In this document: positions 1 through 12,824 of the stretch, piece by piece
How positions within the stretch are numbered: the stretch's first letter is position 1
Layout of the letters: every line of letters begins with the position of its first letter
NCBI GenBank assembly: GCA_030390025.1
Contig: CM059432.1
Coordinates: 11,284,001 to 11,348,000, forward strand
Direction of reading: 5' to 3'
Source of the DNA: Squalus acanthias
Taxonomy: Eukaryota
Length of the DNA stretch: 64,000 nt
Notes under the pieces: model-generated
Told to the model about the DNA's origin: nothing
Seen by the model: the letters and a program-made list of their open reading frames with translations, nothing else
Databases searched by the model: none
Program-made: the position numbers and the translations under genes

Positions 1-529
1 AAATATCAACCCACTGAGACATAACTCAGACAGATCAGTTTGTTCACTTTATCTTCAACTCCTGGTCAAGGCCAGTTTCACGTTCAGACCTAAGTTGAGT
101 GTTGTGGAGCATTCCCACTGTCTAAACCATAAAATCTAGTTGTTTTCGTGTATGAAGTAAAAAAAAAAACCCAGTTTGCTTCAAACTCTGCAAAAGGGCT
201 GTTTTGTGGTTAAGCCTTCTCACTGAATACTTGGGGTTTAGAACATTTCAGTGGATGCTATCCAACACAAGTCTCATCTTTAACAAATTAGGTTATTCAG
301 AGAGCGTAGAAGACTACCATCTACTGATTAGTAGAAGGCATCAGTGAGATTCTGTATCGGGAGTCAAGGCTGAAGCTCTTGACAGTTTGTTGATTCCCTG
401 GACTAAATGGTTCCTCTGTATTTTCCTTCAATTCTTTCTTGTTCACAGGTTCAGTCACAAGGTTCAAGCTGAGCAAACCACAGTGATGTTAAGAATTCTG
501 ATCCATCATAATTTTCAGTTGCATTCTTT

Positions 530-2040
530 ACATAACATAAGAAATAGGAGCAGGAGTAGGCCATTTGGTCCCTCGAGCCTGCTCCGCCATTCAATAATAT
601 CATGGCTGATCTGATCTTGGCCTCAACTCCCACTTTCCTGCCCGCTCCCCATAACCCTTGACTCCCCTATAGTTCAAAAATCTGTCTATCTCCACCTTAA
701 ATATATTCAATGACCCAGCCTCCACAGCTCTCTGGGGTAGAGAATTCCAAAGATTCACAACCCTCTGAGAGAAGAAATTCCTCCTTATCTCCGTTTTTAT
801 GGGCGATCCCTTATTCTGAAACTATGCCCTCTAGTTTTAGATTCCCCCACGAGGGGAAACACCCTCTCTGCATCTACCCTGTCAAGCCCCCTCAAAATCT
901 TGTATGTTTCAACAAAATCACCTCTCATTTTTCTAAACTCCAATGAGTATAGGCTCAACCTTTCTTCATAAGACAACCCTTTCATCTCAGGAATCAACCT
1001 CGTGAACCTTCTCTGAACTACCTCCAATGCAAGTATATCCCTCCTTAAATAAGGAGACCAAAACTGTACGCGGTACTCCAGGTGTGGTCTCACCAACGCC
1101 TTGTACAGTTGTAGCAAGACTTCCCTACTTTTATACTCCATCTCCCTTGCAATAAAGGCCAACATTCCATTTGCCTTCCTAATTACTTGCTGTACCTGCA
1201 TGCTAACTTTTTGTGTTTCGTGTACAAGGACCCCCAGATCCCTCTGTACTGCAGCATTTTGTAGTCTCTCTCCATTTAAATAATTTTCTTTTTTATTCTT
1301 CCTACCAAAGTGGATAACCTCACATTTTCCCACATTATACTCCATCTGCCAAATTTTTGCCCACTCAATTAACCTATCTATATCCCTTTGCAGATTCTTT
1401 GTGTCTTCCTCACAACTTGCTTTCCCACCTATCTTTGTATCATCAGCAAATTTGGCTACATTACACTTGGTCCCTTCATTCAAGTCATGAATATAGATTG
1501 TAAATAGTTGAGGCCCAGCACTGATCCCTGTGGCACCCCACTAGTTACAGTTTGCCAACCTGAAAATGACCCATTTATCCTGACTCTCTGTTTTCTGTTA
1601 ATTAGCCAATCCTCTATCCATGCTAATATATTACCCCCAACCATGTGAGCTCTTATCTTGTGCAGTAACCTTTTATGTGGCAGCTTATCGAATGCCTTCT
1701 GGAAATCCAAATACACTACATCTACTGGTTCCCCTTTATCCACCCTGGTTGTTATATCATCAAAGAACTCTAGCAAATTTGTCAAACATGATTTCCCTTT
1801 CATAAAACAATGCTGACTCTGCTTGATTGTATTATGATTTTCTAAATGTTCTGCTACTGCTTCCTTAATAATGGACTCCAGCATTTTCCCAATGACAGAT
1901 GTTAGGCTAACTGATCTATTGTTTCCTGCTTTCTGTCTCCTTCCTTTCTTGAATAGGGGTGTTATGTTTGCGATTTTCCAATCCGCTGGGACCCCCTCCA
2001 GTTCCAGGGAATTTTGGTAGATTACAAGCAATGCATCCAC
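530..2040 (-). mobile_element. CR1 LINE, 5'-truncated (RT and 3' UTR), frameshifted
   Basis: ORFs 1480-2040 and 797-1483 encode CR1 RT motifs (YLDFQKAFD, GVPQGSVLG, FADDTK, RPHLEY). The CR1 3' tail (acataacataag...) is at ~530. Confidence 0.95.
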
Positions 2041-3051
2041 AACAAAATTTTCAGCTATAATTTAAAGTCATTCTGCTCAAAGTTGCATCCTTGCCATTCA
2101 GGAAGTTTTCCCAGACAGTAATTTTACCCATTTATATGTGCAGTTTTCTAACGATTTCCTTGTATTTCTTAAGACTTACATTCCCTGTCATTAATTGCAA
2201 CACGCTACTTTTCTTTAACTCTGTGCGCAAACAAAACAATGAAATAATGACCCATTGATAAGGTTCATGGAGTACTGTTCACACCCTTGGAACACCAGAT
2301 CATTGTTATTACTGTGGAGAATAGGGGATAAAACAGTAGCTGGAAGGAAGGGGAGATGATTTATGAATGTCATAGAGTCATAACGGCACAGAAAGGAGGC
2401 CATTGGGCCCATCGTGCCGACTTACTGCAGAGCAATCCAGTCAGTCCCACTCCCCGCTCTATCCCCGTAGTCCTGCAAGTTTATTTCTCTCAAGTGTCTA
2501 TCCAGTCTCCCCTTGAAAACATTGATTGTCTCCGCTTCCAACCCTTCCGTCGGCAGCGAGTTCCAGGTCCTCACCACACATTTTGTAAAAAAAGGTTTTC
2601 CTCACATACCCCCATATCTCTTGCCCAAAACCTTAAAACCTTAAATCTGTGTCCCCCAGTCCTTGTACCATCAACTAGTGGAAACAGCCTTTCTCTTCTA
2701 GCCTATCCAAACCAGTCATAATCTTGTACACCTCTATCAAATCACCCCTCAACCTCCTTTGCTCTAATGAAAACAAATCCAGCTTCTCCAACCTGTCCTT
2801 GTAGCTTAGATCTCCCATCCCTGGAACCATTCTGGTAAATCTCCTCTGCACCCTCTCAAGGGCCTTCACATCCTTCCTAAAGTGTGGTGACCTGAACTGG
2901 GTGCAATTACAGTGGCTTAACCAGTGCTTTATAAAGTTTCAGCATAACTTCTCTGCTTTTATACTCAATACCTCTATTTATGAAGCCCAAGATCCTATAT
3001 GCTTTTCTAACCACTCTCTCAATATGTCCTGCCACCTTCAGGGACCTATGC

Positions 3052-3865
3052 ACATAGAAACATAGAAGATAGGAGCAGGAGTCGGCCATTCGGCCCTTCG
3101 AGCCTGTTCTGCCATTTAATGAGATCATGGCTGATCATCCAAATTCAGTACCCTGTCCCTGCTTTCTCCCCATATCCCTTGATCCCTTTAGCCTTAAGAA
3201 ATATATCCAACTCCTTCTTGAATATATTTAATGAATTGGCCTCAACTGCCTTCTGTGGTAGAGAATTCCACAGGTTCACACTCTGGGTGAAGAAATTCCT
3301 CCTCATCTCAGTCCTAAATGGTTTACCCCTTATCCTTCGACTGTGACCCCTGGTTCTGGACTCCCCTGCCATCGGGAACATCCTTCCTGTATCTAGTCTG
3401 TCTAGTCCTGTTAGAATTTTATAAGTTTCAATGAGATCCCCTCTCATTCTTCTAAACTCTAGCGAACATAAGCCCAATCGACCCAATCTCTCCTCATACG
3501 TCATTCCTGCCATCCCAGGTATCAGTCTGGTGAATCTTCGCTGCACTCCCTCCATGGCAAGAACATCCTTCCTCAGATAAGGTGACCAAAACTGCACACA
3601 CTACTCAAGGTGTGGTCTCACCAAGGCCCTGTACAACTGCAGCAAGACATCCTTGCTCCTGTACTCGAATCCTCTCGCTATGAAGGCCAACATACCATTT
3701 GCCTTCTTAACCAAGGACACCCAGATCTCGTTGCACTTCCTCTTTTCTCAATCTATTGCCGTTCAGATAATAATCTGTCTTCCTGTTTTTGCCACCAAAG
3801 TGGATAACCTCGCATTTATCCACATTGTACTGCATCTGCCCAATCACCCAACCTGTCCAAATCAT
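3052..3865 (-). mobile_element. Nested CR1, young subfamily (ORF2 ends GYGEKAGTGY)
   Basis: ORF 3145-3597. Near-identical to 41707-42570 apart from small deletions. cacat occurs at both junctions (3051-3055, 3867-3871). Confidence 0.93.
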
Positions 3866-4114
3866 ACACATTAGCTCCCAGGTCCCTCTGTCCCAGCACA
3901 CTCTTTAAAACTGTTGCCTCTCTCAGTTCCTTCTGCCAAAATGCATCACCTCACACTTCTCCGTATTAAATTCCATCTGCCACTTGTCTGCCCATTTTGC
4001 TAGCCTATCTATGTCCTGTTGCAGTTGATTGGTATCATCTTCACTTTTTGCCACACCCCCAAGTTTGGTGTCATCGGCAAATTTAGAAATTCTACTCTGT
4101 ATTCTAATATCCAG

Positions 4115-4118
<4 letters not shown>

Positions 4119-4186
<68 letters not shown>
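4119..4186. repeat. (TA)n microsatellite inside CR1 RT
   Basis: Uninterrupted TA run of about 33 units. Confidence 0.99.
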
Positions 4187-4191
<5 letters not shown>

Positions 4192-6015
4192 AAACAGTGG
4201 CCCCAGCACTGACCCTTGGCGAACACCACTGTCTAGCATCCTCCAGTCTGAAAAACAGCCATTTACCACAACTCACTTTTTTCTGTTCTTAAGCCAATTC
4301 CTTACCCAATCTGCCACTGACCCACCTATTCCATGAGTCTCAATTTTGTTAACCAGCCTTCTATGTGGTACTTTGTCAAACGCCTTCCTAAAATCCATGC
4401 AGACAACATCCATTGCATTCCCTTCATCAATCCTCCGTTACTTCATCAAAAAATTCAATTAGATTAGTCAAACATGATCTGCCTTTTACAAATCCATGTT
4501 GGCTCTCCTTAATTAGCTTAAACCTCTCCAAATACCCGTTAATTTTTTCCTTGATTATTGTTTCTAAAACTTTACCCACCACTGATAAACTGACCGGCCT
4601 GTTGTTACAAGGATTGTCTGTACACCCTTTCTTGAACAACGGTGTCACATTTGCCACTTTCCAATCCTCAGGTACCTCCCCCGCATCTAGGGAAGATTGG
4701 AAAATTATGGCAAGCCCTTCCGCTATCTCCTCCCCTACTTCCCTTCGCAACCTGGGATGCAAGCCATCTGGACCAGGCAACTTATCCACTCTAAGCATAC
4801 CCAGCCTTTCTAGTACATCCTGTCTATCAAGTTTCACCCCTTCCATTGCTTCTACCTTTTCCACTTCTACTGATATTTTGTCAGCATCCACCTCCTTAGT
4901 AAACACCGAAACAAAGTACTCATTGAGTATTCTAGCCTTGCCCTGCGCCTCTAAGCATACATCACCTCTTTGTCTCTAATAGGCCCTATCCTGCCTCTTA
5001 CTACCCGCTTACTGTGTACATGCTGGTAGAAGATTTTTGGGTTCCCTTTTATGTTAACCGCCAGTCTACTCTCATTTGCCAATCTTATTTTCATCTTCAC
5101 TTCCCCTCTCAACGTATTGTATTTGGTCTGGTCCTCACTTGAATTCACCTGAGATGCATCATCCACCCTCTTTTTTTTGTTTCATCATCTTCTCTATCTC
5201 CCTCGTCATCCAAGGAGCCCTTGCTTTGGTTGCCTTACCCTTCCCTCTTGTTGGAATGTACCTAGCCTGTACTTGAAACATCTCCTCCTTAAAGATCACC
5301 CATTGTTCCATTACAGTTTTTCCTGTCAGTCTTTGGTTCCATTTTACCCTGGCTAGATCCTTTCGCATCCCATTGAAGTTAGCCCTATTCCAGTTTAGAA
5401 GTTCCACTCTAGATTGTTCCTTGCTCCTCTCCATTGCTAATCTAAATCTTATGATATGATGATCACTCGTACCCAAGTGTTCTCCCACAGACACTTGGTC
5501 GATCTGGCCCACCTCATTCCCCAGCACCAGATCCAGCAATGCCTTCTTCCTAGTTGGGCCAAGAACATACTGGTCAAGGAAATTCTCCTGAACACATTTC
5601 AGAAATTCCACCCCCTCCTTTCCCTTTACCCTAGTATTACCCCAATCGATATTTGGGTAATTAAAGTCCCCCAATATCACCACTCTAGCTCTGCGATTTC
5701 CCTGCAGATTTGCTCCTCTACCTCCCCCTCACTAAAATAAAACTGAAAAGTGTACATTTTAAAAGAACAGAAATATCAGCACCCAAAAATATTTGAATAT
5801 AGCTGTATACTTCCCGATAGCCCAATGTAGTACACAGCCATACAAAATAGAAGATACCAAATTCAGTTTCCAAACTGGGGTGAATCAGTTGATCCCAGCC
5901 TGGGCAGCATGAAGGAAGTATAATTGGCTTGTGCCCCTGGACTAGACAAGTGGAAAAAATAGCCAGGGTTATCACTCCTTTTTTCACTATCCAGTGATCC
6001 ATATGGGTGTGTGTC

Positions 6016-6100
6016 TTTCATCAGAACTGGAAAATGTTAGAGATACAACAGGTTTTAAGCAAGTACAGAGGCAGGGAAAGGGGGGAGAGGAGAAAAGAAT
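6016..6100 (-). mobile_element. Penelope-type terminal fragment (half of the ribozyme motif)
   Basis: The reverse complement ends ...ttttccagttctgatgaaag and resembles 12660-12735. Confidence 0.65.
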
Positions 6101-7131
6101 TTTGTAATTTTCAGTTAGATACGAGAATGATATGGAAAACAAAGCTCACTTTCTCATAACCAAACCATGCTCTGCTTATCAGTTATATGTTTGTGGATCT
6201 CAGGTGAGAATGGTATCTAGCTCAGCTATGATGACCTCCATTCACAAATAGCTTGGTGATACTCACCGTCTACGTTCACACATGAACAATGGCCAATTAA
6301 ATGAAGGTCCTAGGGTTGATGCCACCTAGGGGGCTGCCAAGAATTGACAATTTCAGGAGAAGCGGGGTTACATCAAAATAAAAAAGCTGCATTTAAATGA
6401 AAAAGGATGACCATTGCTGTTCAGTTCAGTCATTATTTGGCATGTTTGTCATAGTATTGTCTTTCAGACATGATAATATTTCAATCATATGTTTGAGTAG
6501 ATGTGACTTAATTGTGGTGTGCAAATTACTAAAATTATGTTCAATGCAGAAAACAGGAAACCATACAAATGGGTTGTCAGTAAATATATAATTGAGTTCT
6601 TATTCGAGCTGCTGTTGAAGCAAATTTTGTTGCCATCTGCAGGAGAATGTTTACCAGTAGTGTCTTACCAGTTCCACAGATTGGCGTGAAACCTAGACAT
6701 TACTTCATTATCCTGGGCAGACATCCCATTTCTATGCTAAGCAAGTCTGCAGGAGTGAACAGCTAAATACCTGGATGATTAGCTGTTCAGCCACAGAAAC
6801 TGGCTGAAAACTAATTTCCCGGCACTCGCTGCAAGGTGAGTCATTGACTGTTGCATTTTTGCAGTGTATTATTGTCTTTGGGGGTTCGTTATGAAAAGGG
6901 ATGTGGCCTGATGATTTTGCTAATTTTAATCCTGAACATCAAGACAATTGGAGGAAAGCTGTTCCAAGGTGCAGTCATTTTTTTCTGTTCGTTTTGTTTT
7001 GGAGTGCAAAACGTGAGGTCAGATTAATAGTCAGAGACATATAACTGATAAGCAGAGCGTGGTTTGGCTATGCGAAAGTGAGCTTTGTTTTCTATATCAT
7101 TCTCATATCTTATTGAAAATTGCAAAACATT

Positions 7132-7896
7132 GGCCCAGAAATTAAACATTGATGGTTCCCGCGGGGGTAAGGATTCCCCGCGATATCGCACTCCGCGCCT
7201 ACCTTTTTGTTTCGGGCCCACACGAACTTCAGTTTCAGGGCCTCTCCCTGTTGCAACCGTGCAGTGCTTGCGTGTCCCAGAGGCGCAATTAGTTCGTGCG
7301 AGCTCTGGGATCACGTGATTCAGTTAGAGCCAATGGCAGCACACCATCTTTCATTCATAGTTTTGACAGCAAGGGCTGTCAAAGCTATGAATACTACAAG
7401 CCCCCAAAAGAACAGCTAAACCTCAATTAAATTAAAAAAAAGCCATCACATTAATAAAATAACTATAGTTAAATAAATTAACCACTTTAAACAAAAAATT
7501 AAATTTTTGAAAAAATTTAAAATCTTTTTAAAAGTTATAAAAATAAACTTACCTTTCTTTAAAGTCTCTAAAAAAGATAAACCTGTTGAAAAAAATTTAA
7601 AGTAACACTTAATTAACTACTTACCTTGTTAAAAGGGGGTCCTACGCCTGCTTTCTTTATGTATAAAATCTTCACCACTTACCTGCGCGTTCAAACCTGA
7701 AAAAAAAACTAAGTGTGCTGCGTGCGCGCAACCTGTAGCGCGCACGCGGTTCACTTAGGAACCGCCCCCTTTGCAATACACGAAGTGCCGGTTTCCCGCG
7801 CATGCGCGGTGCATGCAGGAAACCGGCAATTTGGGACCTAATACGCGAGAGTACACACAGTGCGTACTCTCGCGTATTAGGTCTAATTTTCGGGCC
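7132..7896. mobile_element. Non-autonomous DNA transposon (Harbinger-like MITE), type A copy 1
   Basis: TIRs ggcccagaaatt / aattttcgggcc, TSD ATT (7129-7131, 7897-7899). Colinear with 36986-37728. Confidence 0.85.
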
Positions 7897-8236
7897 ATTG
7901 TAACCTATGTAGAGACACAAATCATGGATGAATGAAAGTATTTTACTTCACTGTATTCCCTACACATCCATTTTCTCATTATTAAAATGACACATGATTA
8001 AATTCCTTTATTTAAAAAAAAAAGATTTAATTTTAAAAAGTCTGACTTAATTGAGACATGTCTGCTAAACTACACTGTCACAAAACAGCAGGATAAAGGT
8101 TTAACGGTGAATTCTCTATCTTGGCTGTATTATCAGGCGAGGTACAGCGTGGAGGTTTTCTGGTCGTCCAGTTGGGTGGAGGGAAAATTGGTGGATGAAC
8201 TGCATCCACTGGTTCCCCCTTTTCTACCTTGCTAAA

Positions 8237-9440
8237 TTAGCAGGGTAGATAAAGGGAAACTAGTGGATGTAGTGTATTTGGATTTTCAAAAAGCATTCGA
8301 TACGGTGCCACACAAGAGGTTATTGCACAAAATTAGGGCTCATGGGATTGGAGATAATATATTAGCATGGATTGAGGATTGGTTAACGGACAGAAAACAG
8401 AGTAGGAATAAAAGGGTCATTTTTGGGTTCGCTGGCTGTAACTCATGGAGTGCTGCAAGGATCAGTGCTTGGGCCTCGGCTATTTACAATCTATATTAAA
8501 GACTTAGATGAGGGGACTAAGTGCAATGTATTCAAGTTTGCTGTCAATACAAAGCTAGGTGAGAAAGTAAGTTGTGAGGAGGACTCAAAGAGGTAGCAAA
8601 GGGACCGGTTAAGTGAGTGGGCAAGAATATGGCAGATGGAATATAATGTGGAGCAATGTGACGTTACCCACTTTGGCAGGAAAAATAGAAAAGCAGAATA
8701 TTTTTTAGAAGGTGAGAGACTAGGAAATGTTGGTATTCAGAGGGACCTGGGTGTCCTTGTACATGAATCACAGAAAATTAACATGCAGGTACAGCAAGCA
8801 ATTAGGAAAGCAAATGCTTTGTTAGCCTTTATTACAAAAGGATTGAGTGTAAGAGTAAAGACGTCTTACTGCAATTATATAGGGCCTTAGTGAGACCACA
8901 CCTGGTACTGTGTACAGTTTTGATCTCCTTACCTAAGGAAGGATATACTTGCCTTGGAGGGAGTGCAACGAAGGTTCACCAGACTGATTCCTGGGATGGG
9001 GGAATTGTCCTGTGAGGAGACTAGGCCTATATTCTCTAGCATTTAGAAGAATGAGAGATGATATTGAAACATACAAACTTCTTACAGGGCTTGACATAGT
9101 AGATGCTGGGAGGATGTTTCCCCTGGCTGCGGAGTCTAGAACTAGGGGGGTCACAGTCTCCGAATAAGGGGTCGGCTATTTAGGACTGAGATGAGGAGAA
9201 GTTTATTCACTCAAAGGTTTGTGAAACTTTGGAATTCTCTACCCCAGAGGGCTGTGGATGCTCAGTCGTTGAGTATATTCAAGACAGAGATAGATAGATT
9301 TTTGGATACTAAGGGAATCGAGGGATATGTGAATAGTGCGGGAAGCTGGAGTTGAGGTAAAAGATCAGTCATGATCTTATTGAATGGCAGAGCAGGCTCG
9401 AAAGGCTGAATGGCCTGCTCCTGCTCCTATTATGTTCTTA
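8237..9440 (+). mobile_element. CR1 LINE, 5'-truncated, degenerate
   Basis: ORFs 8263-8499 and 8636-8890 carry CR1 RT motifs. CR1 3' tail at ~9440. Confidence 0.93.
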
Positions 9441-9614
9441 TTAGTCCAGCAGCAGGTTTGCAACAATGTACCAAGGACCATGACTTGACTGCCAATTACC
9501 AAATTGGTCTTCCTGTCTTTGTGCTAAAGAAACTGTTTATTTCATGAATGTTGATTGAGTGCATATTATTTACACTATTATACAAAAATAATCTATGATT
9601 TGCATATTGGGCTA

Positions 9615-10155
9615 AAGGGAGTGGTGTCCAAATTTGTAGACAATACTAAAATAGGAGGCATAATAACTAATTATAAAGACCAAAGGAAGCTGCAAAGGGA
9701 TATTGATGAGATGGTGGAATGAGCAAAATGTTGCAGATGGGATTCAAAATCATTAGAACAATGCAGATTACGAGACAATATGATAGAAGTTTTAAAATTA
9801 TGAAAGAATGGGACTGGGTCGATAGAAGCAGACTGTTTCCAGTAGTTGAGGGGTCTAGAACAAGGGGTCATAGTTTCCCAGGCTTCTGCCAATAGTGTTC
9901 AAAAACCAGCTGCTTGGTGCATTGCAGATGCAGACGGCTCACCATTTTACAAATGTTTTTACAAAAAGAGTTGTGCGAGGCTTTAGAATGCAATACTGGA
10001 ATTAGTGATTAAAACAGGCCATGTCAATTTTTAAGAACTGGTTAGGTAGGTGGTTGAAGGAAAGGTGATTAAAGGGATATGGGAACAGAGTGGATACATG
10101 AGATTACGACTACACGGAGTGGTTGGGCTGAATGACTTGTTTGTTATTTCTATGT
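9615..10155 (+). mobile_element. Old degenerate CR1 3' fragment
   Basis: Decayed 'ccaaatttgtagacaatactaaaatagg' (KFADDTK region), 'tctagaacaaggggtcatag' and a CR1-like tail. Confidence 0.7.
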
Positions 10156-10608
10156 AATAGGTTGGATGAAACCATATATCTATGTTTCTTTGCACATACT
10201 CTTAATTTCTTCATAGAGTAAATGGTAATCCCTCCTTCTTACCTGGGGATCTGTTCTGTTCACTCTAAAATGTGTATCTAGAGCAATTGGGTACCTTTCC
10301 ATGTAATATATGACTTCCTTCCTTGGCCTCACCAGTGCTCTTGACAGCGCTATACCACCTCCATTCCTATCTGTTGTATCCTCCATAAAGACATTATACC
10401 CTTCTATTTGTGTTCATTTCTATCAACAGAGGTTAGTCATGTTTCTGATATTACATCATACTTCCCTATGCCACAAGTACCTCAAGCTCAGGCATATTAT
10501 TCGCACCATCCTTGGTTCCGAGGGACTGCCTAAGAAGATTATTCGCACCCATAACATTTTTATTTTTTCACCTTTGCCATTGGATACTAATTCACTGTGT
10601 ACATATTC

Positions 10609-11273
10609 CATGCTTCCTGAAGCAATTTGTATTACCTTATGTTTATATTAAATTCTACTATTCGTTACTTCAACTTTATTTGGCCAGGCACCTCTGAATT
10701 CTACCAATTTACCCTATGCTAGATCATTTGCTGTGGATTTGTGTCATCAGTTCATATTTTAGAAACTTTGGAAATATCCTTTGTGTGCAGGGCCCAGTTG
10801 AAGAAAACAAATTAAATAAATACGCACAGTGATTTTTTTTTTAAGTTGAAATTCTTGATATTGTCAATTGGTTGTTGTGTTAACCAGAATGATTGGGTAT
10901 AAAGCTACTGCACAGTAGTGTGAGATACTACAGAAAAGTAAGAATGGACTGGGGATAGCTCCTGTAAGATATTGCCTAGAATGCCTACACATGTTTCAGG
11001 ACAATGAGACAGCTGAGTGACAAATCCAACAAGTAGGAGGACACTCAAAGTGGGAGACAGTGTATAATGCAGGCCAGCATCCGAGGTACCGCTTGTTATC
11101 TGAATCTTTAATTGTCACTCAGATTGTGGTACTGGGGTTTTGCTCATGCTTCCTGAAGCAATTTGTATTACCTTATGTTTATATTAAATTCATTACTTCA
11201 ACTTTATTTGGCCAGGCACCTCTGAATTCTACCGATTTGCCCTATACTAGATCATTTGCTGTGGATTTGTGTC
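10609..11273 (+). repeat. Direct repeat pair of ~130 bp (10609-10745 and 11145-11273)
   Basis: catgcttcctgaagcaatttg...gctgtggatttgtgtc occurs twice, differing by a few substitutions and an 8-bp indel. Confidence 0.95.
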
Positions 11274-11994
11274 TGTTGGCTTCGAGGTGTGATAAAATGC
11301 TTAAATAAGAAAGTAGTTAGATATGAAATACCTGCTTTATTAAGGGAACGATAATAGTGATGTATCAGAAGTTCTTCTTCAAGTTGGGGTCTGTTGCAAT
11401 ACGATGAAGTAACCATTTTTATGACATTGAAATGTAATTAATTAACTCTTTTAAATCACTGTTAGATGGCCTTAACCTCGTTAACGGTTAGATGGCCTTA
11501 AATGCCTTAACCTCGTTAACTATTAACAACTTATTAATTGCATGCTTTGACAGTTGATTAGAAGGAGAGCATGCCTAATTCTAGGCAAACAAGGACACGG
11601 TAGTCTGTAAGATAATAGCTGCTTCAATCAGGCTGTGTAATGAGTTTCGGCTGATGCAAGAGCATGCATGCACAATACAGCCATAAGGAAAGGGGTATAA
11701 ATGAAAGAACACGAATAGAATAGAGCCTTAAAGAAAGGGGTATAAATGAAAGAGTGTGAATAGAACGAAACACAGCAGATTTGAACAAGACCTACCATGC
11801 TGCGCTGCTGTCCAGAGACTTGGACCCGGTAATACCGACCTTGATTTTTGTTAATTGTTGCTTGAATACTGCATGTATGATTGATTCTGCTAATGTTACA
11901 ATAAAGCCATGTTATGCCCAATTGGGATTACCAAGCTGAATCATTAACTGGGTAACCTAGGGCAGAGCACCCCTGACTCGGAGACCCTGTAGCA
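11274..11994 (+). mobile_element. Possible solo LTR
   Basis: TG...CA ends, tandemly duplicated 45-bp TATA unit (ggggtataaatgaaaga, 11680-11765), AATAAA at 11900-11905. No TSD found. Confidence 0.4.
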
Positions 11995-12004
11995 CTTTTA
12001 TTTA

Positions 12005-12558
12005 AAAATGAGAAGTCGCACAACACCAGGTTATAGTCCAACAGATTTATTTAATTTTACAAGCTTTCGGAGCAGTTCGCTCCTTCGTCAGGTAAGTTTA
12101 GCAGTGAGAGAATCTCCCAGAATTCACAATTTAAACACAGACAAAATATATTCAAATCTTTCCTTACATCAAAGAGCATAGCCAAGACAATGAGATGTGT
12201 CCCAGGGGGTCCAACGTGTCAAACCACCTGCTGGCTGCATATCCTGTCAATCTGTGTAGGTTCTTGTGTTAGCCTTTTTTTAAAAAAAACACCTGGGAAG
12301 ACCGGCCATGATGTCAAGTCACGTTCTGTATCGTGACATGAACCCGATATCGCGATTGAGGCCATCCTCATGAGTGCGGAACTTGGCTATCAGTTTCTGC
12401 TCTATGATTTTGCGCTGTCGTGTATCTCGAAGGCCGCCTTGGAGAACGCTTACCCGCATATCCGAGGCTGAATGCCCCTGGCTGCTGAAGTGTTCCCCGA
12501 CTGGGAGGCAACCCTCCTGCCTGGCGATTGTTGCGCGGTGTCCGTTCATACGTTGTCT
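12005..12558 (-). mobile_element. Penelope-like element, 5'-truncated (GIY-YIG endonuclease C-terminus and 3' region)
   Basis: ORF 12319-12561 (RQRMNGHR...PVGEHF...EQKLIAKFRTHEDGLN) matches Penelope endonuclease C-termini. Perfect 12-bp TSD cacttttattta (11993-12004, 12559-12570). Confidence 0.9.
12057..12095 (-). ncRNA. Minimal type I hammerhead ribozyme motif
   Basis: Minus strand reads UUAC-CUGACGA-A-GGAGC-gaacu-GCUCC-GAAA-GCUU-GUAA: intact core, 5-bp stem II, palindromic AGCU stem III and UUAC/GUAA stem I. Confidence 0.85.
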
Positions 12559-12644
12559 CACTTTTATTTAGATGCATAAGACTTTGTATTTGTTTCAGGA
12601 CTCAGGCCAATGGCTGAGATGGGTATTGGCCAACTTAGAAATCC

Positions 12645-12824
12645 CTTTTGTTCCTTCATCCCCTCCCCCATTTCCCAGCCCCTACACTTGCTTAAAAATC
12701 TGTTCCATTTCCTGCTTTTTTCCAGTTCTGACAAAAGGTCATCGACCTGAAACGCTAACTCTGTTTCTCTCTTTACAGATGCTGCCTGATCTGCTGAGTA
12801 GCTCCAGCATTTTCTGTTTTTATT
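12645..12824 (+). mobile_element. Penelope-type terminal-repeat insertion with a decayed hammerhead
   Basis: 10-bp TSD ttagaaatcc (12635-12644, 12825-12834). The core is mutated (ctgacaa, gaaacgct). Same family as 18307-18407. Confidence 0.85.

Larger units (their letters stand above)
2370..5725 (-). mobile_element. Older CR1 LINE (APE C-terminus and RT), interrupted by a nested CR1 at ~3052-3865
   Basis: ORFs 5159-5683 (GDFNYPNIDW, LDLVL, SDH), 4427-4906, 4009-4269 and 2675-2869 are CR1 ORF2 pieces. The host sequence rejoins across the nested insertion. Confidence 0.93.

Noticed and set aside
4009..4336. IY/YI-repeat proteins
   Set aside because: These are translations of the (TA)n microsatellite.
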